A stretch of 64,000 bases of DNA. It comes from Zootoca vivipara. Taxonomy: Eukaryota. The stretch covers positions 20,026,001 to 20,090,000 of the forward strand of contig NC_083278.1 of NCBI RefSeq assembly GCF_963506605.1, written 5' to 3'. Positions 51,430 to 61,554 of the stretch are shown piece by piece. The position numbers and the translations under genes were made by a program. Numbering within the stretch: the first letter of the stretch is position 1; each line of letters begins with the position of its first letter. The notes beneath the pieces were generated by a model, which was not told the DNA's origin, did not search any database, and saw only the letters and a program-made list of their open reading frames with translations.

Positions 51430-52345
51430 ATCTTCTTTGGCGATCACTCATAGCCGAGTAAGATTGTCTTCCATAAACACGGTATTAACAATTGGTCCAT
51501 AAGTGTCTGTGGAGCCCAATTCTGGATCCACACATCCTTCCACAGTGGGGACATAGGTTTCCGGGCGGGAGTTGATTGCGGTATGGATTTGCCAAGCATG
51601 CCTTCCTCTTAGCACGTTTCTCCCTTGCATCCTGAGTTTGAGTGTCTTCAAAGCCCATGGCACCTTTGGTAAAGGCTGTTCTCCAATTGCAGCACTCGCA
51701 GGCCAGTGTTTCCCAATTGTTGGTGCTTATACTACATTTTTTAAAGATTTGCCTTGAGACAGTCTTTAAACCTCTTTTGTTAACCACCAGCATTACACTT
51801 TCCATTTTTAAGTTTGGAATAGAGTAGTTGCACTGTGGTGTAAACCACTGAGCCTAGGGCTTGCCGATCGGAAGGTCGGCAGTTCGAATCCCCGCAACGG
51901 TGTAAGCTCCCTTTGCTCAGTCCCAACTCCTGCCCACCTAGCAGTACGAAAGCATCTCAAAGTGCAAGTAGATAAATAGGTACTGCTCCAGTGGAAAGGT
52001 AAGTGGCATTTCCGTGCGTTGCTCTGGTTTCGCCAGAAGCAGCTTAGTCATGCTGGCCACATGACCCGGAAAAAACTGTCTGCGGACAAAAGTCGGCTCC
52101 CTTGGCCAGTAAAGTGAGATGAGCGCCGCAATCCCAGAGTTGTTTGATACTGGACTTAACTGCCAGGGGTCCTTTATGTTTACGTTTACCCTTAGTTGCT
52201 TTGGAAAACAATAATCAGGCATCTGCACAATATGAACAGTCGAACGAAGTTGATGTTGAAGGATCATTGCGTCAACACTGGTGATCTTTGCTTCTGCCAA
52301 TACACTGGTATTAGTTTGCCTGTCTTCCCAAATGATGTGTAAAAT
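51430..52345 (-). mobile_element. RTE-clade LINE 3' fragment, interrupted by SINE
   Basis: WEDRQTNTSVL...MPDYCFPKQL|LYSKL...GGQQKRFKDCLK...CPHCGRMCGSRIGL-like C-terminal RTE ORF; frame restored on removing SINE plus one TSD copy. Confidence 0.8.
51831..52192 (+). mobile_element. Sauria SINE nested in an RTE LINE
   Basis: SINE body with 6-bp TSD TAGTTG at 51825-51830 and 52193-52198. Confidence 0.85.
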
Positions 52346-52603
52346 GAATATGGTCTTAACTGTGTCCGCGGAGGCCAATTCCTGATCCATACATCCTTCC
52401 GCAGTAGGGATATCCAGGACAACTGTGTATGTGGCAAGGGGGTGGGAGGTTCAATGAGGAAAATAAGGTCTTGAGGACATCCAGGCTATTCTGTAACCAC
52501 AAGGATATTTCTTATGTTGAAAACACATTGTACTATTAGATAAGGAAGTGTGTTCTTTCTTTCCACATAAGCCTTTGCTTTTGCTTGTTCGGGAGAACAA
52601 TAG

Positions 52604-52900
52604 GGTAAAACTAAAGGTAAAGGACCTCTGGATGGTTAAGTCCAGGCTGAGGGAGTCAGCGTTTGTCAGCAGACAGCTTGAGGGAAGCTACAGTGCACAG
52701 AAACGCTGTTTACCTTCCTGCCGCAGACATACCTATTTATCTACTTGCACTGGCGTGCTTTTGAACTGCTAGGTTGGCAGGAGCTGGGCCAGAGCAACGG
52801 GAAGCTCATTCCATCGCGGGGATTCAAACCGCCAACCTTCCGATTGGCAAGCCCAAGCGGCTCAGTGGTTTAGACCACAGTGCCACCCACGTCCCTTTTT
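52604..52900 (-). mobile_element. Sauria SINE, internally deleted
   Basis: Head and tail present with central deletions; imperfect TSD AGAACAATAG / AGAACAGTAG. Confidence 0.8.
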
Positions 52901-54617
52901 AGAACAGTAGTTTCTCCCTGTATGCTTCTACAGTAATAAAGGAGCCTCAGGTAGTTCTGAGGCAAACACAATGCTATGGGCTATTTCCCCACAACTATTG
53001 CTCATGTAATGCTACCCATTTTGGTGCCATGCAAGAGCATTCAAACTGTGTTGTCGGAGCAAACCAGAGGTTCCTCTTGTCCTGTATCCTGAATTCAGTG
53101 GTTAGCCAGAAGCCCCTAAGAAACACAGAACTCCTGCTGGGTGAGCCAAGCATCAAATCAGTTATTAGGAGCTATCTTGCCAACAACAGTAATCCTGGTA
53201 GCAAATGTTGACATAGTGGTAAATATTTCACTAGTGAACCTCCTGCAATTTGGGAACCAGAAGCAGAAGCCAGGCAAAAGTACAAAGAGTAGAGCCAACC
53301 CTTAAAAACCTCTTATTTATTTTTTTAATGAGCCATCTGAAGCCATTTCTACTCAGCTGAGAAAATATTTGTCAAGATCGTTCCCTGTTATTTGTTTTGT
53401 GTGTGTATGACAATTCCTTTGTTCTGAAATGTTTCAGCCGAGGCTGAGAACTTTAAGTGTTATTTAAATCCTACCTGGTATTTTTATGTAATTATGCCTG
53501 AAAGTTGTTTTTTTTTAAATACTGATTGAACAAAGTTATCATTTCTTCTAAAAGTGTGTGTAAATACAATGTACTCCTACCGGTAAAATACCCCCCACCA
53601 GACTTGGGGATCAATTTCTAAAAGTATTCAAATTGGTTGTCTTAAACAAACAAACAAACAAAAAGGAAAAAGTACCCAGATGTGGGTTTTTTTTTAAAAA
53701 AAATAAACACTGCAAAAATACATAGTGTTTGCCATACTCAGAGCAGACTTATTCAAATTAACAGACATGACTAACTTAGGTCCATTATTTTAATGTCCTA
53801 CTATGAGATGAAATTAGTTGGGCACAATTCATAAGATGAATTCATAAGATGCCCAAACAGCTCATAATTTATTGTTACAGTGAAATGCAAAATTAAATTT
53901 GAAAACGGGAACTAACCAGGCACAACCAAATGAGCCAACACAGTAATATAACAGTGATCATGATAATATTGATAGTAATTTAAAGAAGGTTTAATGCACA
54001 GCCATTGTACCTTCTAGGTCAATACTGTAGAGTGCTCCTGTTGTCTGGTTGAACATTTTCTTGTCTAAATGTCTTACTGAACCCATTTCACCTTATCTAG
54101 TATTAGAAGAACTGATTATGGATGAATTCAGACTCCTTCTTTCAAGATTTTTAAAAAGTGAGTGTGTGTAGATGCATTCAGCAAAGTCGACAATTGGCAG
54201 TAAACCCAACTGGGGCCGGTATAAAAATCAGTGCCATGCATGGAAGTATTGCTGGGAAAGAAAGCAAAACATTGCTAAGCAAATGAGCAGTCTTTATCTG
54301 GGAGCTACATGTGTCTGCTAAGGACAGAACTATCCCATGATGAAACATAATATGTTCTAGCCATAATTTCAGCCACAAAAGTTATACTTAAGAATAGAGG
54401 TATAATTAGCACGTTGTGTTTGCAATGCCAAAGTTAATACTTTGTCAGTATTTCCATTATAAGCACTAATTTGAGGCTCTGGAGATTTCTAACTTTGGTC
54501 TGTTAATTTCAGTGAGTCTACTTTGAGTATAACATAGATGGAAATCCTCTTTCTCGTAATGTGGGTCCATTGTTTTAGGTCTCACCCTCTGGAGAAGCAG
54601 CAAATGAATTTGGTCAC

Positions 54618-54651
<34 letters not shown>

Positions 54652-55620
54652 TCTATACCGCCCTATACCCGTAGATCTCAGGGCGGTTCTCAGAAAAAAA
54701 TCAGAATATAAAACCACAGAACACATAATCAAAATAAAAACAACCCAATAATCCCCCCACACACATTTTAAAAGGGCATTACCTATATGCCTGCCCTTTA
54801 TAAATAATAAAACTATTATTATTATCAAAGTGAACATATTTGCCTCCTGTATCTCTGTGAGTTTCCAGTGGAGCACAACATGGGTTACTAATAAAATACC
54901 TTGCATCTCCCTCTCTTCCCCACTCCCTGAAAAAGATTGCTTGAATATTTCTGAATTATCCTTGTAATCCAGGTCTTAGACTTTAGTTAAATGTTCTGGG
55001 CTCAGATCAGAAGATCAGAAAGAGACAAAGAATTTTTTAATAATAAGATAAAGGTAAATCTTTTCAATAATAAGATTTGTATTGAGGAGCAGCTTTTTGA
55101 AATACGATGCCAGTCTTTTATCCATGAGACTAAACAAATCTTATTAACAGGGACTCGAAGATGTGAAGGTGTTACTTTGGTCAAAGAAAGGAGGCTCTGT
55201 AATTCCTTGGATTAAATAAGGCTAAACTTTAAGCAGAAAAATAATAATTTTACATGCCAGTGTTGCTGGCAAACATCCTTTCAGAACAAAGAGATGCTGT
55301 CCAACCCACACATCAATCTTAGTGTGTCACGCATGTGTGAAGTCACGTGTGCAACATGCAGTGCAGGTCCAGTGGCCGACCGCACCATCACGCATGTGTG
55401 TGACGTGTGAGAGGTTACACACACACACAAAATGTGCACCGGACACACACCCATTCTTGGGGGCAATCCAGCACCTCCTTGCCTACAACAGTGCTAGTCA
55501 GGTGTTTGTGTGGGAATGTTGAGGAAGGTAGGAGAGGATATATTGATTAAATATTATCCTTCCTCACTCACGCTAGTGAGCTAATAGCAGAGCACATTCC
55601 CAGAAGCAAGTTGGTGGATT

Positions 55621-56135
55621 TGTCGGAATCATAGAAATTGAGCGATCCAGTCTGGCTTGTCCAGATTGGATTGTTCCTGGCAAATTTCCCCTTTAGTTCC
55701 CTCTTAAAAACAATAACGACACGACAGTCTTCCTTTAGAAAGTAATGATAAGGTTTACTTACATTCAGTTCACAGTATGATCCTGAAGGCAGGCTTTAGA
55801 TTTTAGTTACAGCTGCAGCAGAGAAAGGTGTGAGTTCATCCTCTTGTGAGGGATGAGCCCATGTGCTGCTGGCCGAGAGCCAGCACACAGCAAAAGGCAT
55901 CAAGATAGTCAAGAGAGTGAGAGAGCCAAGAGGAAGAGGAAGATGGTTGCATGACTAGCCCCTGTATAGGGTCTGCCAGAGTCATGCCCATCTACCTCGT
56001 CACATGCAGGGGGAGGATGCTCCAGACCAGGTTTGACAGGAAGTCCTCCTGGCTGGAGCAACATTCCCCTGCGTGTCCACTCTGGGCAAACAGGAAATGT
56101 TGTATTTGACTCCTTATGTGATGTCACATCCCACA
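55621..56135 (-). mobile_element. Possible solo LTR
   Basis: 515-bp block bounded by TGT...ACA with imperfect 4-bp flanks GATT/GTTT; no coding potential. Confidence 0.35.
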
Positions 56136-56163
56136 GTTTAAGAGCAGGAAATGGAATTAGTCC

Positions 56164-56455
56164 CTTCATGGATCACTGCCTTGTCGTGGCGAAGGGGCTT
56201 TAATAACTCCAAGAAGCTATGAGCTATGCCGTGAAGGGCTACCCAAGATGGACAGGTCATAGCTGAGAGTTTAGACTAAATGTGATCCACCTGGAGAAGG
56301 AACTGGCAAACCACTCCAGTATTTTGCCAAGAAAACTCCATGGACATAAAAAAGGAGAAGCTTTGAGAAGAAAGTGAGAGTTTCCAAAGGCATGCTCGGG
56401 TTCATGGGGTCATGGAGAGTCGAACGCGACTAAGACGACTAAACAACAAAAACAA
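56164..56455 (+). mobile_element. Short bipartite BovB/RTE-derived non-autonomous element
   Basis: BovB 5'-region-like sequence (GGAGAAGGAACTGGCAAACCACTCCAGTATTTTGCC) joined directly to a BovB-like 3' tail resembling 12910-12964; no ORF. Confidence 0.7.
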
Positions 56456-56516
56456 AGGGTGGCCTTCTGTTAGGGATGCTGTTGTTGCATTGCAAATCCT
56501 GTACTGAGCATTGGGT

Positions 56517-56648
56517 TTCATAGAATTATAGAGTTGGAAGAGACCACAAGGGCCATTGAGTCCAACCCCCTGCAATGCTGGAATCTTTTGCCCAATGCGG
56601 GGCTCAAACCCATGACCCTGAGATCAAGAGTCTCACACTACCAACTGT
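56517..56648 (-). mobile_element. tRNA-derived SINE with CR1-type 3' tail
   Basis: tRNA-Lys-like head (GACTCTTGATCTCAGGGTCATGGGTTTGAGCCCC) followed by a CR1 tail matching 28385-28446. Confidence 0.7.
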
Positions 56649-58252
56649 TGAACTAGACGACCTCCAATGTCTCTTCCAACTCTTATGAACCTGTGATCGT
56701 GCTTGCCATAGTGGCAGCCTAGGGCTTCACCAATACAACTCCTCAAACTGATTCCTAGGACATCTTACAGAATCCAGTTAATGTGCTCCGTGCATTGTTA
56801 GGATCGGTTGTGCATTTCGTGGTGGAAAGAGCGCACACTGCAGGATGGCTGATGGAAGTGCCGTCCTTCCGAAAGAACTATAAGCACTGTTGACAGAATT
56901 GCTTTAAGTCATATCTTAGCCAAACAAATCTGGCTGGCAAATCCGTTCTCATAATCTGTTTTATTGCAAAGTGAAATGAGGCTCTCTTGTAACAGGAAGC
57001 AAATCCCTGACCAATAATTGGGGCATCTCCTACTGAATGGATATGCTTGCATTTAATCCAGTTGCTCGAGGTTTGTTTTTCAGTCGGAAGGCTCAAAAGT
57101 TCATGCATTATAAAAAGAAGGATGGACATTCCTCGCGCAGAGTGCAGTGGTTGTTATCCTGTGTTGCCATGATGTATTTACTGAGAAAATCTTTGCAAAT
57201 AAGCCACAGCCCTCAACCCCTGAACCCTTCTAAACCAGTCAATTCCCATGGGGAGTTCAGGAGTTTTTATAGATAGATACTGTTTTCTCATGAGAATTTT
57301 GCTGGAGTTCATAGACTCAGAATTGAAATCAGAGGAGATTTATGAGGTTGTACTGCAACTATCATGTCTTTCTTCCCAATACGTGAAGAATGCATAGAAT
57401 GAAGCATGTCTCAGCTGTGGAATCAAGATGGAAAATAATAAGAGCTTGATTCGCAGAGGCTGCAGCCTCAAACACACTTCCTAGGAGGTACGGTAAGTTA
57501 CAGTGGGCTTAGTATTTGTGCAAACAGATACTTCCCCCTCATTAGTCCGCAGAGAGACCTGGAAAAGAAAACACATGTTAAGTAGGTAAGAAAAGCTGTT
57601 TAATGCATCAAATCTTCCCTTGTTTTCAGCAGCAGGAGGGGGTGGGTGGGAGGGAAGTAGTTTCTCTATCCCAACTACTGTCAATTCCCTTGGCTATTTC
57701 TCCGACATTCCCGTTTTACAGTTCAAGTTTAAATCTGGAACAGTGTTTGCTTTTTGAGAGACAGTTGGTGCTTTTCAAGTCATGTATTTCAGCTGGAATT
57801 TTGCCCAAGCCAAATATCGTGGCCCGAGCGAATGAGCGGCAGCGGAAGTGGTATAAGGAGGAAGGTCTCCTCCTGGAGACATTCCAGCTTTCCAGTACAG
57901 TTATACACTTAAGATTAGGGCAATGGTCTAAACAAAAGAGAAAGGAAAAGAGTTCTCATCATCCGCTGATCTGATTTATTAATATAATCCTTGGCACAAA
58001 AATGGGGACTTGAAAAATAATCCCTTTTTACATTCTGAAACCAAATCCTAAAGCTTTTAACTGTCCTAAAACGTATGCCCCTTGAAAATAGTTTTTTTTT
58101 CTGGGGGGGGGGAATCTATTGGAAATGGATGCTTATCACCAAAACACTGCATCCAATTATTAGCTTTTTTCAACTTCTTGCCTGAAGAAAAGTGACATTT
58201 AGAGTGGCTGCCTATCTTCTCCAGGACTTCAGAACAGACTTTAATTCTAGTA

Positions 58253-58563
58253 CAGGTTTATGAACACAATTGGTTCCGGAAGTCTGTTCATAAACTGAAG
58301 CGTTCATAAACTGAAGCGAACTTTCCCATTGAAAGTAATGGAAAGTGGATTAATCCGTTCCAGACAGGTCCGCGGAGTACTTAAACTGAAATGTTCATAA
58401 ACTGAAGCATGGGTGTAATTGGTTCCAGAAGTCTGTTCAAAAACTGAAGCGTTCATAAACTGAAGCGAACTTTCCCATTGAAAGTAATGGAAAATGAATT
58501 AATCCGTTCCAGATGGGTCCACGGCGTTCATAAACCGAAAATTCATAAACCGAGGTTCCACTG
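58253..58563. mobile_element. Tigger-type MITE with internal tandem duplication
   Basis: Right TIR CCGAGGTTCCACTG plus TA; left TIR partly deleted; a block of about 110 bp repeats at about 149-bp spacing. Confidence 0.72.
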
Positions 58564-58669
58564 TATTACACTGTAGAGGAGGTGTAGTTAAGCCTCAGAC
58601 TGGGGGTTCAAACTGTCCATGCAAAGCATTTTTTTTGCTGCCCCCACCTCAGATTTTGGTGTCAGTGGC

Positions 58670-58742
58670 ACTATCTATCTATCTATCTATCTAATCTATC
58701 TCTATCATCTATCTATCTATCTACCTATCATTTCTATCTATC
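58670..58742. repeat. (CTAT)n imperfect microsatellite
   Basis: Read directly. Confidence 0.9.
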
Positions 58743-59281
58743 TCAACAGTGCTGAGTCAGGAGAAGCTCAGCACTCTGATGGGGGTGCAAACCATTCTCT
58801 TCTCAGTAAGTAGATCAATCATTTGATGAGTGGTGAGGGGGGCCATAAGTATTACAGTTATTAATATTGCACATTTGCACCCTGGGTTTGGGTCATCCCA
58901 CTACAGGCACCCAAGGAGCAATTTCCCCATCATAACAGATTTTTTTTTAATGCAGTGGTGGCAACAGAGCAGGACTTTAGGACAGAACTCAGCAGAATGA
59001 ACAGGAAGCGACCCCCCCTTCTTCAAGGCAGCAGAGCTGACCAATCACATCAGTTGGCCACCTTCAAGTGAAAGAATCTCTCTCCGTGTGTGGGAGGGGA
59101 TGAAACTGGCAACAAATTCTTACAGGCCACCCCAATATCTGCAGAGTGGTGGTGCAAGATTCCAGAGGTCTTGGCACTTAACCAGGCCTTGTGTTTCCTT
59201 TGAGGGGGAAATAGGTACAGAGGAGTCTGTAGTGTCTTTAAGATTTATGGCTCTATTTACACATTTGTACACCTTGATTGA

Positions 59282-59632
59282 CAAGGGACCCAGGTGGCAC
59301 TGTGGGTTAAACCACTGAGCCTAGGGCTTGCTGATCAGAAGGTCGGCGGTTCGAATCCCTGTGACGGGGTGAGCTCCCGTTGATTGGTCCCAGCTCCTGC
59401 CAACCTAGCAGTTCGAAAGCATGTCAAAATGCAAGTACTGTAGATAAATAGGAACTGCTACAGCAGGAAGGTAAACGGCGTTTCCATGTGCTGCTCTGGT
59501 TCACCAGAAGCGGCTTTGTCATGCTGGTCACATGACCTGGAAGCTATACGCCGGCTCCCTCGGCCAATAATGCGAGATGAGCGCGCAACCCCAGAGTCGG
59601 TCACGACTGGACCTAATTGTCAGGGGTCCCTT
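59282..59632 (+). mobile_element. Sauria SINE
   Basis: GGGACCCAGGTGGCACTGTGGGTTAAACC head; 14-bp TSD TACACCTTGATTGA at 59268-59281 and 59633-59646. Confidence 0.9.
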
Positions 59633-61267
59633 TACACCTTGATTGAGTGCAGAACTATACCTCATGAGTGTCTCTTGTTGCTTCTTCCATAGCTTCAGTC
59701 CAGAGCAGAAGCTAGCCATGCTCTCCGGTCTCTGTGTTTAGTCTCTCCCAGCCAGCCCACGTGAACTTCTGCCCCCCTCCGTCCTTCTTGCTCCTTCCAA
59801 AAACCTCCTGCAAAAGGACACTATTTTCCTGTGGTGACATCATGCCCCCTGTAACGCCAGCAACCTTCCCCTCCCAACTCTTTTGTTTCTGCCCACAACT
59901 CACGGTGGGCGGGAGGACGGGACGGGACACAATATTTACATTGTGTCTATTTCTCTTAATGACCTGCTCTCTTTGTTTCTTAAATGGCACCTCTATCAGC
60001 CGATCCCCTGAACAGGAAAACTAGTATTTTTTTACACTGCGTCAGTTAGCTCACCTTAATTGGCTAAACACTGATTAAACCTCAACACCCAGGAATCGGG
60101 GGGGGGGGGAGCAGGGCACCCAGAAACCCAGAGGAGTCAGGGCACCCACAAATCTGTAACAATACTATGCAGGGGCGGGGCAGATCCTGATATGCCAAGA
60201 GCTTCATGGCACCTTAAAGATTAATGCATTTAAATATTATGAGGTTTAGAAATGCATTTGCCGGTAAATTTATTCATTTAACAAAGTTTAATAAAATAAA
60301 TGTTTCTTAATGACATTTAAAAACATTATTTTAACATTTAAAAATCTTCAAGCAGTATACAACAGATAAAAAAAAGTTATCAAGGAAGTGTCAATAGATG
60401 CCGTGTATCATGCAGATGGAATTTGTAACCAATTTTGAGTTCATGACAGAGGCAATATATGTATGTCTCTGTATTGTCTAGTCTAAATCCCCTATGGGAT
60501 GGATTTCCAAAGAAATTACTAAGCCCTTTTCAGGACGTGGTTGAGAGATTTGCCCGCTAATGGTCTTCGCAGAAACTAAAGCAGGCCTCAGTGAGATGAG
60601 ATTATAATTCAAGATTTCCATATATCCCCACCACTGAGAGGCATTCATAAAACAAGATCTCTGTCTCAGTCAGTGCAACAGGGTATCTGTAAAATACACT
60701 GCATTTAAAAATAAACAACTAGCTCCTGCTGACAGTTTGATGGTTTTAAAAAAACAGCCCTTTGATTTATTTACACAGAGATATATTCCGCAGCAGGCTG
60801 TCTGGGAACTTTTGTCTCCATTCTGGGCCTTGTGTCCATATTTGATACGTGTGAGCGAGATTTGGTTTTGAAGATCTCATTAGTAAATGGTACCTGAGGG
60901 AGGAATTTGCATGGGTCTTGGGGAAACAAATCCACTGGTGCTAATGTCTATGTAGAGGTCAGATTGGTGTCTGTGGCATCAGTTCCCTATCTACTGTTAC
61001 TGACCTTGTCAACTTTCCTGCTACAGTACAGATCTTGCAGGTCTGGGCTGGAACCCAGATATACCCCTCTGCTCTCAAGCATTTTGTTAATTAAATCCAT
61101 CTCTTTCGAAATGCATTCTTTAACCTCCACCTTGTCCTAAAGTTCGGCTCAAACTCTCTTCTTCCTGAAGTGCCATGGAGTTGACTCTGGGTATGGATTA
61201 ATAACAGGATCAAAACAACAACAACAACAGCATTTTTTATTTGCATAGCTCTGCAAATACACTATGG

Positions 61268-61467
61268 CAGAGCTTCCCAAACTTCTCAAGTTGGTGGCAC
61301 ACTTTTTGGGCATGCATCATTTCGCATCACAGTAATTCAGTTTTGCATCATTTTGCGACACAGTGATTCAGTTTTACTAGCAAACCAGAGGTTAAACTAA
61401 CCCCTCTCCGGGGAAGAGCGCAGGGAGCGTTCGTGTGACACACCTACACACTGCAGCTGAAGCTCTA
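61268..61467. mobile_element. hAT MITE
   Basis: TIR CAGAGCTTC / GAAGCTCTA, 8-bp TSD CACTATGG. Confidence 0.72.
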
Positions 61468-61554
61468 CACTATGGTAACATTTGCATCAGGGTTCATCTG
61501 ATCAGGAAGCCAAAACATCAGTTGAATGTGGTGCAAGGTCTCTAATGGCACATC

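Noticed and set aside
57480-57950. Minus-strand acceptor-like sites and exon-like segments (similar piece at about 60890-61170)
   Set aside because: Translations match nothing I recognise and contain stops; a lncRNA or decayed gene cannot be supported without RNA data.
59285-59365. tRNA-like A/B boxes (also at 16040-16120, 50131-50200, 56590-56648)
   Set aside because: These are SINE heads, not tRNA genes; no full cloverleaf.
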